64,000 bases of DNA, from positions 1 to 64,000 of the forward strand of contig JAZQOV010000001.1 in NCBI GenBank assembly GCA_045628045.1, read 5' to 3'. Both the position numbers and the translations under genes were made by a program. The notes beneath the pieces were generated by a model that was not told the DNA's origin, did not search any database, and saw only the letters and a program-made list of their open reading frames with translations. Origin of the DNA: Bacilli bacterium (GTDB taxonomy: Bacteria > Bacillota_I > Bacilli_A > RFN20 > CAG-826). Below are positions 1 through 10,035 of the stretch, in pieces (within the stretch, counting starts at the first letter, position 1; each line of letters starts with the position of its first letter).

Positions 1-923
1 CCCATCATTTCAACGTGTGCTGGAACTGATGAAGAACCTGCGAATTGAGCATCTGAGTGCATTCTTCCCATTGTATCTGTCATACCATAGGATGCTGGAC
101 CTGCTGCCATGTTATCTGGGTGAAGTGTACGACCAGTTCCACCACCAGATGCAACTGAGAAGTATTTCTTACCTTGTTCTACGCATTCTTTCTTATATGT
201 ACCTGCGACTGGGTGTTGGAAACGAGTTGGATTTGTGGAGTTTCCAGTAATAGAAACATCGACTCCTTCCATGTGCATAATTGCGACGCCTTCACGGACA
301 TCATCAGAACCATAGCAACGTACTGCTAATCTATCTGGATTTGAACCGTATTTAGTTTCCTTAACGATTTCAACTTTACCAGTGAAGTAATCAAACTTGG
401 TTTCAACATGTGTGAATCCGTTGATTCTTGCAATAATCTTTGCTGCGTCTTTACCAAGACCATTTAAGATGACTCTTAATGGTTCTTTACGAACTTTGTT
501 AGCTTTCTTGGCAATACCAATAGCACCTTCAGCAGCTGCGAATGATTCGTGACCTGCTAAGAATGCGAAACATTTTGTTTCTTCGGAAAGTAACATTGCG
601 CCTAGGTTACCATGACCTAAGCCAACTTTACGATCATCAGCGACTGATCCTGGAATACAGAATGATTGTAAACCAACACCAATCCATTTTGCTGCTTCAG
701 CAGCTGATTTAACTTCGTGTTTAATTGCGAGTGCTGCGCCAACAGTATATGCCCAGCATGCATTTTCGAAACAGATGGTTTGGATGTCTTTTACCATTTG
801 GTAAACATCTAAGCCTTTTGCTTTACAAATCTTTTCACATTCTTCGAGTGAAGCAATGCCATTTTCTTTTAAGCATTTTTCGATTTGTGCGATTCTTCTT
901 TCATAACCTTCAAATAAAGCCAT
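1..923 (-). CDS. GGGtGRT family protein (3' end runs off the window)
   Basis: Not in the ORF track. Minus-strand ATG at 923 after an AGGAGG SD reads MALFEGYERRIAQIEKCLKENGIASLEEC...ICFENACWAYTVGAA...FCIPGSVADDRKVGLGHGNLG...FLAGHESFAAAEGAIG, and stays open to the window edge. The named C-terminal motif lies outside the window. Confidence 0.85.
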   Translation of the reverse strand, partial: MALFEGYERRIAQIEKCLKENGIASLEECEKICKAKGLDVYQMVKDIQTICFENACWAYTVGAALAIKHEVKSAAEAAKWIGVGLQSFCIPGSVADDRKVGLGHGNLGAMLLSEETKCFAFLAGHESFAAAEGAIGIAKKANKVRKEPLRVILNGLGKDAAKIIARINGFTHVETKFDYFTGKVEIVKETKYGSNPDRLAVRCYGSDDVREGVAIMHMEGVDVSITGNSTNPTRFQHPVAGTYKKECVEQGKKYFSVASGGGTGRTLHPDNMAAGPASYGMTDTMGRMHSDAQFAGSSSVPAHVEMM

Positions 924-935
924 TGTCCGAACCTC

Positions 936-1628
936 CTATTCCTTACGTGGGTCAATAAATTTGACACCATCGTCGTAGCGGCCGTATTGGCCTTTTGCCT
1001 TTTCAAGGGCTGCTTCTGGAGTTTCACCCTTCTTTAAGAAGTCTGTGAATTTTCCAAGTGATAAGTATTGATAACCAATAATTTCGTTATCTTTATCAAG
1101 AGCCATTGAAGTAATGTAACCTTCGGTTAATTCAAGGTAACGTGGTCCTTTTTCTTTAGTTGCAAAGACTGTTCCAACTTGTGAACGAAGTCCTTTTCCT
1201 AAGTCTTCAAGACCAGCACCGATTGCTAAACCGTCTTCTGAGAAAGCTGATTGAGTTCTACCATAGACGATTTGTAAGAATAATTCTCTCATAGCAGTGT
1301 TGATTGCGTCACAAACTAAGTCTGTGTTGCAAGCTTCAAGTAATGTTTTGCCAACAATTGCTTCAGAAGCCATAGCTGCTGAGTGAGTCATTCCTGAACA
1401 GCCTAATGTTTCAATTAAAGCTTCTTCAATGATTCCCTTTTTAACGTTTAATGAAATTTTACATGCACCTTGTTGTGGAGCACACCATCCAATACCGTGG
1501 GTAAAGCCACTGATATCTTCGATCTTCTTGGAATAGACCCATTTTCCTTCTTCAGGAATTGGAGCACATCCATGAGAGGCACCACAATTGACTTTGCACA
1601 TATTTTGTACGTCTTTTGTATATTGCAT
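936..1628 (-). CDS. IscU/NifU-like Fe-S scaffold-type protein, the usual partner of GGGtGRT proteins
   Basis: APIPEEGKW, HGIGWCAPQQGACK, GCSGMTHSAAMASE and TDLVCDAINTAMRE motifs; AGGAGG SD; directly upstream of the GGGtGRT gene. Confidence 0.8.
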   Translation of the reverse strand: MQYTKDVQNMCKVNCGASHGCAPIPEEGKWVYSKKIEDISGFTHGIGWCAPQQGACKISLNVKKGIIEEALIETLGCSGMTHSAAMASEAIVGKTLLEACNTDLVCDAINTAMRELFLQIVYGRTQSAFSEDGLAIGAGLEDLGKGLRSQVGTVFATKEKGPRYLELTEGYITSMALDKDNEIIGYQYLSLGKFTDFLKKGETPEAALEKAKGQYGRYDDGVKFIDPRKE

Positions 1629-1712
1629 TCAATATATCCTCCTAAATGTGAGCATATTAAATATACGTAGTTATCGAGGAATTGTAAAGAAAAAACGGCT
1701 TTTCTAATTTGA

Positions 1713-1889
1713 CTATTTTTCAAAAGTCAATTTAGTTCTACCGTTAATTTCTGATTTTTTTATTAACTTCCAACCATCCTTTTGATGCTTAGAAATTACT
1801 GATTCAGTTTCATTATTTTCCACAAGAATTGTTTTAGAACAACCTTGTTTATTCATAATCGCATTTATTTGTTCATCACTTAGTTTCAT
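1713..1889 (-). CDS. small hypothetical protein, 58 aa (below the ORF-track cutoff)
   Basis: GGAGAGGT SD; ATG directly follows the TAA of the upstream lipoprotein gene; MKLSDEQINAIMNKQGCSKTILVENNETESVISKHQKDGWKLIKKSEINGRTKLTFEK*. Confidence 0.65.
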   Translation of the reverse strand: MKLSDEQINAIMNKQGCSKTILVENNETESVISKHQKDGWKLIKKSEINGRTKLTFEK

Positions 1890-2612
1890 TTAACCTCTCC
1901 AGGTGATTGTCATTTCTTTAATAAGAACTCTTCCACCACTAGATGCGATTGTGAATGAACTTGTTCCTTCAGAATATTCTTTTGAAAATGTTGAATAAAC
2001 TGGAGTAACTCCTGCTGCCAATTCTAATGAATGATCATCTGAATCGATAAGGAAATGAGCGTTATTATCGACTGTAATTCCGCTATTTCCAGTGTAAGAA
2101 TAACTCTTGTAGTAATTAACAACAGTAAATTGAACTTTGTAAATTTTAACTATTGATGTCCAAGTCATTGATCCTGAATTCTTACTAGAGCCAAGGCATA
2201 AATGAGAACCTAAATCAGCATCTAGAGTTTGAACATAACCAGTAAATGTAAGTGATTTGATTAAATCAAGATATTCCAAAAATCCATCGAAATATTCCAT
2301 TAATGATTCACCATTATGGGAATAACTAGAATTGTCAAATTGAACTCTATCACCAAAATTTGAGGTCAAATCTGTTCCACTTGTTTTAATTGTGGCTGTG
2401 TATTCTTGAAGAAGTTCTTCTTTTTCTTCGGTTTCTGTATTTCCACCAGTGTTATCACCGGTATTTCCGCCATCATCGGTGTGTTGTTCATCGCCATGAT
2501 CTTCTGTATTTTGATTTGTGTTATCTGGTTTTGAGTTGGAATTAAAAAGCTTAAAGTCGCATCCAACAAGTAATGAGCTGCTAAGCAAAAGTAGTAATAA
2601 ATTCTTTTTCAT
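1890..2612 (-). CDS. hypothetical lipoprotein
   Basis: Signal peptide II with LLVG-C lipobox, then an Asn/Asp/Gly-rich linker and a beta-rich domain. Confidence 0.8.
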   Translation of the reverse strand: MKKNLLLLLLSSSLLVGCDFKLFNSNSKPDNTNQNTEDHGDEQHTDDGGNTGDNTGGNTETEEKEELLQEYTATIKTSGTDLTSNFGDRVQFDNSSYSHNGESLMEYFDGFLEYLDLIKSLTFTGYVQTLDADLGSHLCLGSSKNSGSMTWTSIVKIYKVQFTVVNYYKSYSYTGNSGITVDNNAHFLIDSDDHSLELAAGVTPVYSTFSKEYSEGTSSFTIASSGGRVLIKEMTITWRG

Positions 2613-2647
2613 AGTAAAAAGTATATCATATTATAAGAGGTATTAGT

Positions 2648-3202
2648 ATGAGAGGATTAATGATTTTAGCAGATGGCTTTGAAGATACAGAAGCTTTAAC
2701 AACTCGTGATGTTTTGACAAGAGCTGGCATTGAAGTAAAGACATGTTCAATCACTGATAGACTTGAAGTTGAATCAAGTTTTGGTGTGCACGTTTTAGCA
2801 GACGCACTCTTAAAACTCATGTTCGATTTAGAGCCTTACGATTTCATTATTTTACCTGGTGGCGGACGCGGCACTCGTAACTTAAAAGAATGCGAATTTT
2901 TGAAAGCATATTTAGATTATTTTTCACTTCACGATAAACTCATTTGCGCAATATGTGCAGCGCCTTCAATTCTTGGTTATTACGGTTACCTCGATAACAA
3001 AAAATATACATGTTTTGCGGGATTTAATGCCGGAATTCGCGGGGATTTTACCGGAAATGAAGTTGAGCGAGATGGAAATATAATCACTGCGAGATCAATG
3101 CAATATTCAATACCTTTTGCACTTGAAATTATTGATTACTTACTCGGTTCAGAAGTAAAAGAAAAAGTCCTCATCGGACTCCAAGGAAAAGTAGCTAAGT
3201 AA
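2648..3202 (+). CDS. DJ-1/PfpI (ThiJ/YajL-like) family protein
   Basis: LADGFEDTEA, ILPGG, AICAAP (catalytic Cys) and DGNIITAR motifs. Confidence 0.9.
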   Translation: MRGLMILADGFEDTEALTTRDVLTRAGIEVKTCSITDRLEVESSFGVHVLADALLKLMFDLEPYDFIILPGGGRGTRNLKECEFLKAYLDYFSLHDKLICAICAAPSILGYYGYLDNKKYTCFAGFNAGIRGDFTGNEVERDGNIITARSMQYSIPFALEIIDYLLGSEVKEKVLIGLQGKVAK

Positions 3203-4069
3203 TTATTTATTAAGAAGATAATCAACATAGCAACCTGCGACATTCACGTGGGTTGTTTTTTCTATTCCTTCATAGAACGCATTTGAGTTAACTTCTGATA
3301 AAATTGGTTCCTTATTTTCACCTTCCAAAATATCAACACCACAATAATCTAGACCAAGAATTTTGCTGGCCTTAACCGCCATGTCTAAATACGATTGTGG
3401 AAGCTCAACAACACTTGCAGTTCCACCAGTTGCTAAGTTAGAGAGATAAGAATTTTTGTTCTCTCTTTTCATGTAAGCAACAACCTTGTTTCCAATAACA
3501 ATAATGCGGTAATCTTTGCCTTTTGATGACTTAATAAATTGTTGGAAAATGTGTGGAATATGAATGAGTTTATTTTCAATTTCTAAAAGTTCTTTTTCGT
3601 TATTAACTAAGTAAACTTGTTTTCCTAAAGAACCGTAATTTTCCTTGATTATTAGCGGAAATCCTAGGGTTTTCTCGACTTTTTTTAGATAATCACGGTT
3701 TCCATTATCTGTGTAACAAAGCGTTGAAGAAATCGTTGTAGGCATCTTAATTCCTTGATCTGCTAAACAGATGTGAGTGAGCATTTTGTCATCACATTTA
3801 ATAATTGAATTTATTGAGTTATAAAGTTTGTATCCAGCCTTCTCAAGTAGTCCTGCAACATAACGATCCTTATCTAAATAAAGAACAAAATCATATTTAG
3901 GAAGAGTAACTTCAGTGTTTCCGTCTTTTAGCATTGTGAAAACTTCAGTGTTCTTAATTACCTCAACCTCAACATTTCTTTTTGAAAATTCTTCAGTAAG
4001 TCTTTCGACCTGATTTTTGATTCCTGAAGCTAGGCCATAACCATTAATAACAATCAAAACTTTTTTCAT
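3203..4069 (-). CDS. RimK/LysX-family ATP-grasp ligase
   Basis: KCDDKMLT, PLIIKENYGSLGKQV, KDYRIIVIG, SNLATGG, GVDIL and EVNSN motifs. Start moved to MKKVLIV at 4069. Confidence 0.85.
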   Translation of the reverse strand: MKKVLIVINGYGLASGIKNQVERLTEEFSKRNVEVEVIKNTEVFTMLKDGNTEVTLPKYDFVLYLDKDRYVAGLLEKAGYKLYNSINSIIKCDDKMLTHICLADQGIKMPTTISSTLCYTDNGNRDYLKKVEKTLGFPLIIKENYGSLGKQVYLVNNEKELLEIENKLIHIPHIFQQFIKSSKGKDYRIIVIGNKVVAYMKRENKNSYLSNLATGGTASVVELPQSYLDMAVKASKILGLDYCGVDILEGENKEPILSEVNSNAFYEGIEKTTHVNVAGCYVDYLLNK

Positions 4070-4178
4070 GTTATTAAGTATATCAAAATTAATTTTGATA
4101 TACAAGTAAAATAACAAATAAATATTTGTTTTTTTATATTGAAATTTGAAATTTGAATACTTATAGTATTAAATCGTT

Positions 4179-6011
4179 ATGAAAATGTCGGACAAAATTA
4201 AGTTAGTACTAAAAAGTGTTAGACAATATAAGAAGTATGCAATAATTACTCCACTTTTTATGGTTGGCGAAGCATTTCTTGAATGTGTCATGCCTTTCAC
4301 CATGTCAATGTTGATTGATTCTGTCGGAAACGCTGTTAAATCTGGAACAAAGTTTTCAATTGTATCACCGATTCCTTATGTAAATACAAACCTCCATATT
4401 AATATGAACGTTTCTATTTTAGGATTGATTCTAACTTTGTTAGGAATTGTCATTTGTTCAATTATATGTGGAATTTTAGGAGGTAAATATGCTGCTAAAG
4501 CTTCTGTTGGTTTAGCAACAAACCTTAGATCAGATATTTATAAGAAGATACAATCTTTCTCATTTGCAAACATTGATAAATTCTCATCTTCATCTCTTGT
4601 AACAAGAACTACAACAGATGTCGGTCAGATCCAAATGGCATTCCAAATGTGTATTCGTATTGTCGTAAGAGCACCGCTTATGATGATCTTCTCTGCAATT
4701 ATGGCATTCATCACTGGAGGAATTATGGCATGTATCTTTGTCGTGCTTGTTCCAATTGTTGGTTTTGGCTTATATCTTATTGGAAAGAACGCGATGGGAA
4801 TTTTCATTCGTGTTTTCAAAAGATACGATAAGTTAAACGAATCTGTTCAAGAAAACGTTTCTGGAATTAGAGTTGTTAAATCATACGTTCGTGAAGACTT
4901 TGAAAAGCAAAAGTTCAATAAAGCTAGCGATTCGATGAAAATGGACTTCGTTAAAGCTGAAAAAATTGTTGCTTTAAATAACCCATTAATCAACACAACA
5001 GTTCACATGTCAAACATCCTAGTTTTAGGGTTTGGTTCATTAATTTATTCTAAATATAAAACCGGAGTTTCAAGGTTCGCTATCGAGATTGGTCAAATCT
5101 CAGCACTTCTTACTTATGGAATTCAAATCCTCATGAATGTCATGATGATTTCAATGATTTTAGTCATGCTTGTTATGTCGCTTGAAAGTGTTAACCGTGT
5201 CAGCGAAGTTTTAATTGAAGAGGCAACAATCGTAAATCCAGAAAACCCAATTATGAAGTTAGAAAACGGTGACGTTACATTTAAAGATGTTAACTTCAAA
5301 TATAAAGAAACTGCTGAAAGATATGCATTAAAAAATATCAATTTAACCATAAAATCAGGGGAATTCGTGGGTATTTTAGGTTCTACAGGTTCCGGAAAAA
5401 CAAGTTTAGTGAATCTTATTTCAAGACTTTATGATGTGACAACTGGCTCAGTAGAAGTCGGTAATCATAACGTTAAAGATTATGATTTAAAAACACTCAG
5501 AGACAATGTCGCTGTTGTTCTACAGAAGAACGTTTTATTCTCAGGTTCAATTGAATCAAACCTTAAATGGGGCGATCCAAATGCAACTGAAGAAGAAATG
5601 GTTCGTGCATGTGAAATCGCACAATGCATGGATAGCGTGCGTGCTAAACCTGAAGGATTTGGAAGTACTGTCGAACAAGGCGGTGCTAACTTCTCTGGTG
5701 GTCAAAAACAACGTCTTTGTATCGCACGTGCTATTTTGAAAAAACCAAAAATTATGATTCTTGATGACTCAACATCTGCTGTTGACACAAGAACTGATAG
5801 ATTAATTAGAAAAGGTCTCAAAGAAGACTTACCAAATATGACAAAAATTGTCATTGCTCAACGTATTTCTTCTATAGAAGATGCAGATAAAATCATCATT
5901 TTAGACAATGGCGAAATTAATGCTATTGGAACACATGATGAACTCTTAAAGAATAATAAGATTTATCAAGAAGTTTATTATTCTCAAAACAAAGTGGGAG
6001 GTAATAAGTAA
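4179..6011 (+). CDS. heterodimeric ABC exporter, permease/ATP-binding subunit 1
   Basis: TM domain, Walker A GSTGSGKT, FSGGQKQR signature and degenerate Walker B ILDDSTSAVD. Confidence 0.92.
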   Translation: MKMSDKIKLVLKSVRQYKKYAIITPLFMVGEAFLECVMPFTMSMLIDSVGNAVKSGTKFSIVSPIPYVNTNLHINMNVSILGLILTLLGIVICSIICGILGGKYAAKASVGLATNLRSDIYKKIQSFSFANIDKFSSSSLVTRTTTDVGQIQMAFQMCIRIVVRAPLMMIFSAIMAFITGGIMACIFVVLVPIVGFGLYLIGKNAMGIFIRVFKRYDKLNESVQENVSGIRVVKSYVREDFEKQKFNKASDSMKMDFVKAEKIVALNNPLINTTVHMSNILVLGFGSLIYSKYKTGVSRFAIEIGQISALLTYGIQILMNVMMISMILVMLVMSLESVNRVSEVLIEEATIVNPENPIMKLENGDVTFKDVNFKYKETAERYALKNINLTIKSGEFVGILGSTGSGKTSLVNLISRLYDVTTGSVEVGNHNVKDYDLKTLRDNVAVVLQKNVLFSGSIESNLKWGDPNATEEEMVRACEIAQCMDSVRAKPEGFGSTVEQGGANFSGGQKQRLCIARAILKKPKIMILDDSTSAVDTRTDRLIRKGLKEDLPNMTKIVIAQRISSIEDADKIIILDNGEINAIGTHDELLKNNKIYQEVYYSQNKVGGNK

Positions 6012-7996
6012 TGCCAGCACCAGCGCCAAGAATTAAAGAACCCGGCAAGATGAAAAAAGGCACTCTTTCCCGCTTACTAAAAATGCTTGTTAAGGAATAT
6101 CCAGTTCGTTTAACAATTGTTTTCGTGTTTATTATTTTCAACGTTTTTGCAAACCTTTGTTCCTCAATCTTTGCAAACTTTATCACTAACTGCCTTGATG
6201 TTGCTTTAAAGCAAAGTTCAAACCCATTTACTGGAAAATATGCTATTGAGGCAATGGGCATTAGCTTAAACACAAACGTTACAATTTTGCTTATCACAAT
6301 GGCTTCAATTTACGCAGTCGGTATTTTTACTGCATGGTATTGGAATAGAACAATGGCAATTATCACACAAGAATTTTTAAATTCTATGCGTGAAAAAATG
6401 TTCAACCATTTGCAAGATCTTCCAATCAAATATTTTGATACACATCCACACGGCGCAATCATGTCATTATTCACAAATGATATTGATACAATCCGTCAAT
6501 TTGTTTCACAAGCTCTTCCAAGTCTTGTCCAAGCAACTTTTGCAGTTGTATTTGTTTTCACTGCAATGCTTCTTAACTCAATTTGGATGACTTTAGTTAC
6601 TGTACTTTGCGCAATCGCAATGTTTATGAACACAAAATTCATTGGTGGTCGTTCTGCAAAATACTTCATGAAACAACAAAAACAAGTTGGCATTGTTGAG
6701 GGTAATATTGAAGAATCAATTAAAGGTTTAAAAGTCATTAAAGTTTTCTCACACGAAAAAGATTCTTGTGATGACTTTGATGTTTTAAATGACTTACTCG
6801 GTGAGTTCTCAACTGAAGCTAATATTCACGGTAATATTACAATGCCAATTAACGGAAATATCGGCAATTTCATGTATGTTTTGACTGCTACAGTCGCATT
6901 TATGATGATTCTCATTCCTTCTTTCCCAAATGTTAATTTATTTGGAAAAGTTACATATTTCAGCCAAGAAACAGCTTCAACATTCTGGGGAATGATTGTC
7001 GCATTCTTAATGATGTCTAGAATGTTCACAAATAACATCAACACCTTCTCACAACAAGTTACATTTATTGTTATGGGTATGGCTGGTGCTTCACGTTGTT
7101 TTGACTTATTAGATGAAGTTCCAGAAGCAGATGATGGCTATGTTACTTTAGTCAATGTTAAAACAGATAAAAACGGAAATCTTGTTGAGACACAAGAAAG
7201 AACACGTGAATGGGCTTGGAAACATCCACATCAAGCAACCGGAGAAATTACATACACTCCACTTAAAGGTGATATTCAACTTCTTAATGTTGATTTCTCA
7301 TACGATGGAAAGAAGATGGTTCTTCACGACGTAAGCGTGTACGCTCACCCAGGCCAACAAATCGCACTTGTAGGCGCTACTGGTGCAGGTAAAACCACAA
7401 TCACAAACTTAATCAATAGATTCTATCCTTTAGCAGATGGCAAAGTCCGCTACGATGGAATTAACATTAATAAAATTAAAAAAGATGATTTAAGACGTTC
7501 CTTAGGCATTGTTTTACAAGATGTTAATTTATTTACTGGCACTGTTATGGAAAACATTAGATACGGTAGATTAGACGCTACAGATGAAGAATGTATTGAA
7601 GCTGCAAAGATTGCTAATGCACATGACTTCATTACTCGTTTACCTGAAGGTTATAACACCATGCTTTCTGGAGATGGTGCAAACTTATCTCAAGGTCAAA
7701 GACAACTACTTTCTATTGCACGTGCTGCAGTTGCAGATGCGCCTGTTATGATTCTTGATGAAGCAACTTCCTCAATTGATACTCGTACTGAAAAGATTGT
7801 TCAACAAGGTATGGATCAATTAATGAAGGGTAGAACTGTCTTTGCAATTGCTCACCGTTTATCAACAATTCAAAATTCCAACGCTATTATGTGTATGGAA
7901 AAAGGCCGCATTATTGAACGTGGTGACCATAACGAATTGATTGAGAAAAAAGGATATTATTATCAACTTTACACCGGAGCATTCGAGCTCGAATAG
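6011..7996 (+). CDS. heterodimeric ABC exporter, permease/ATP-binding subunit 2
   Basis: GATGAGKT, LSQGQRQL, ILDEATSSID and AHRLST motifs; TAATG coupling to the previous gene. Confidence 0.92.
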   Translation: MPAPAPRIKEPGKMKKGTLSRLLKMLVKEYPVRLTIVFVFIIFNVFANLCSSIFANFITNCLDVALKQSSNPFTGKYAIEAMGISLNTNVTILLITMASIYAVGIFTAWYWNRTMAIITQEFLNSMREKMFNHLQDLPIKYFDTHPHGAIMSLFTNDIDTIRQFVSQALPSLVQATFAVVFVFTAMLLNSIWMTLVTVLCAIAMFMNTKFIGGRSAKYFMKQQKQVGIVEGNIEESIKGLKVIKVFSHEKDSCDDFDVLNDLLGEFSTEANIHGNITMPINGNIGNFMYVLTATVAFMMILIPSFPNVNLFGKVTYFSQETASTFWGMIVAFLMMSRMFTNNINTFSQQVTFIVMGMAGASRCFDLLDEVPEADDGYVTLVNVKTDKNGNLVETQERTREWAWKHPHQATGEITYTPLKGDIQLLNVDFSYDGKKMVLHDVSVYAHPGQQIALVGATGAGKTTITNLINRFYPLADGKVRYDGININKIKKDDLRRSLGIVLQDVNLFTGTVMENIRYGRLDATDEECIEAAKIANAHDFITRLPEGYNTMLSGDGANLSQGQRQLLSIARAAVADAPVMILDEATSSIDTRTEKIVQQGMDQLMKGRTVFAIAHRLSTIQNSNAIMCMEKGRIIERGDHNELIEKKGYYYQLYTGAFELE

Positions 7997-8005
7997 GAGA
8001 TTAAT

Positions 8006-10009
8006 ATGAAAAAGAGATTACTTTTACTCCCATTATTTGCAATGGTTTTATCTTCTTGTGATTTTATTTATTCAATAGTAAATAAAGATGATAAACCAAC
8101 ACAAGACGTTGTAGATGATGAACACGAAGATGACGATGATCATGAAGATGATACACCTGTAAAAGTAGACTCTATTTCTTTAAATAAAACATCGCTTACT
8201 CTTACTGAAGGAGAAAGCGAAACTCTTTCATACACAATTCTCCCTGTAGACGCTGAAAATAAAAACGTTACTTGGTCAACTTCTAATGCTGGTGTTGCTA
8301 ATGTTACAAATGGCGTTGTAAACGCAATAAGTGAAGGAACTTGCAATATTACTGTTACCACTATTGATGGAAATAAAACTTCTTCATGTAGTGTTACCGT
8401 AAATAAAAAAGAACAAGAGAAAATCCTCATAGAGGATACTTTCGATTTAAATACCCAAGGTTATTCTTTTGAAAGACAAGAACTTATTGAAAACCCAATT
8501 ACATTTAAAGGTTATACAATTTCTTTTGCTATTGGTGAAAACACATATAACAACAAACCAATAATCCAAAAGACCACTAAAAATAAATACGAAGCGCGTC
8601 TTTATTGGGGAAATACTTTCACAGTCACTTCTTCCGTAAATACATTAGAGAAAATCTCATTCACTTTAGGTGAGAATGATAAAGGAAATGGAATGACAGT
8701 AAGTACTGGTTCTTTTGATAATGGTGCTTGGGTTGGCGAAGCCAAAGAGATTGTCTTCTCCATTTCAGGAACAAGTGGTTATAGAGCTTTTGAAGCTTTT
8801 ACACTTTGTTTTGAAGGAAGTGCTGAGGAAGATGACAATACATTTGTAGATCTCGGCGAAAAGACCATTAAAGAAGTTAAAGAATATATCGCTGAACACC
8901 CAGTAAATAAAAACGCATTTGGTAATGGTGTAAACGAAAAACGTTTAGTCACAATTAAAGGTTATGCCTTAGCAAAGTTTGATTTAATCAAATCATCCGC
9001 TGCTTATGGATTAAACGTTTCTGAACACGGAAAAGTTATTATGGGTGATGCAACAGGCGTAATTGCCGCAGCAACCACTGTTAATAATCAAGGCACATCA
9101 TTATGGGGCAAGGTTGCAGATTATGCTTGCAAAGACACCTCAAAATATGTTGTTTCAGGTTATATTTCCGAATATCTTGGTCATCCTGAAATTGTGGTTA
9201 CAGAATTTAAATATGATTCAGCCTTAAACATCACTGTTGATTTTGCTTCTCTTTCTCAAGAAACAGTCACATTAGAACAATTCTACACTAAAGCTCAAAA
9301 CGTTAATTATAACTGCGCAGGTCATGGTTATGGTGATGTTGTTACAGTGAATAATTTGAAATGCTACTATGTAGAAGCTGATGGACAAGGTAAACGTTAC
9401 TATAACTTTACAGATGGTACAAAGAACATTAGAGTTAACGCATTTAACCTTTCTGGAGCAACAGAAGGCAAAATTTATAACGTTACCGGAATTATTTCAT
9501 TAAAGAACTTATCTCCAATTATTATTGCTTTCAAAATTACTCCAGTTAATGAAGGTACAGTTACATTTGACTACAAAACTGCCGCAACATCATTATCAAT
9601 AAGCGAACTTAAAGCAATTAAAGGCTCGCAAGATGACACAAGCACACGTTATCCAGCAGTTGTTAATGTTTATAGCTCATTTTATAAAACAACCGCATAC
9701 ATGGTCGCGGTAGAAGAAGGTGGCAAATTATACGTCGGAATTTCAGATACTCCACGTACAACAATCATTTCTGGTAAAACAAATGCTATGGCTAACTACA
9801 ACGTAGTTCTTATCAAAAATAGTAACTTCTGGAACACAACAGAAGATGAATTATATTTATTCAACCCAATTTATGAAGAATATCTTTGCGAAGAAACTCC
9901 AATTGAGATTTATTACATCGCAAGACAACTTGATTACAGTAGTGGTAAAGCAATGTGGCAAATCTTATTAGTGCCAGACTTCATAAGTAGTTTGACGCAA
10001 GCAGAATAA
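8006..10009 (+). CDS. surface lipoprotein with an Ig-like (Big_2) domain and probable OB-fold domains
   Basis: LSS-C lipobox, His/Asp-rich linker, Big_2 signature SISLNKTSLTL...VTWSTSNAGVANV...GVVNA...GTCNITVTT. Confidence 0.8.
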   Translation: MKKRLLLLPLFAMVLSSCDFIYSIVNKDDKPTQDVVDDEHEDDDDHEDDTPVKVDSISLNKTSLTLTEGESETLSYTILPVDAENKNVTWSTSNAGVANVTNGVVNAISEGTCNITVTTIDGNKTSSCSVTVNKKEQEKILIEDTFDLNTQGYSFERQELIENPITFKGYTISFAIGENTYNNKPIIQKTTKNKYEARLYWGNTFTVTSSVNTLEKISFTLGENDKGNGMTVSTGSFDNGAWVGEAKEIVFSISGTSGYRAFEAFTLCFEGSAEEDDNTFVDLGEKTIKEVKEYIAEHPVNKNAFGNGVNEKRLVTIKGYALAKFDLIKSSAAYGLNVSEHGKVIMGDATGVIAAATTVNNQGTSLWGKVADYACKDTSKYVVSGYISEYLGHPEIVVTEFKYDSALNITVDFASLSQETVTLEQFYTKAQNVNYNCAGHGYGDVVTVNNLKCYYVEADGQGKRYYNFTDGTKNIRVNAFNLSGATEGKIYNVTGIISLKNLSPIIIAFKITPVNEGTVTFDYKTAATSLSISELKAIKGSQDDTSTRYPAVVNVYSSFYKTTAYMVAVEEGGKLYVGISDTPRTTIISGKTNAMANYNVVLIKNSNFWNTTEDELYLFNPIYEEYLCEETPIEIYYIARQLDYSSGKAMWQILLVPDFISSLTQAE

Positions 10010-10013
10010 AAAT

Positions 10014-10035
10014 AAAACTCGGTTCGCCGAGTTTT
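10014..10035. terminator. bidirectional intrinsic terminator
   Basis: AAAACTCGG-TTCG-CCGAGTTTT between convergent genes. Confidence 0.85.

Noticed and set aside
17-958. Plus-strand ORFs 17-250 and 725-958
   Set aside because: They are antisense shadows of the minus-strand GGGtGRT gene, which the track missed because it runs off the window.
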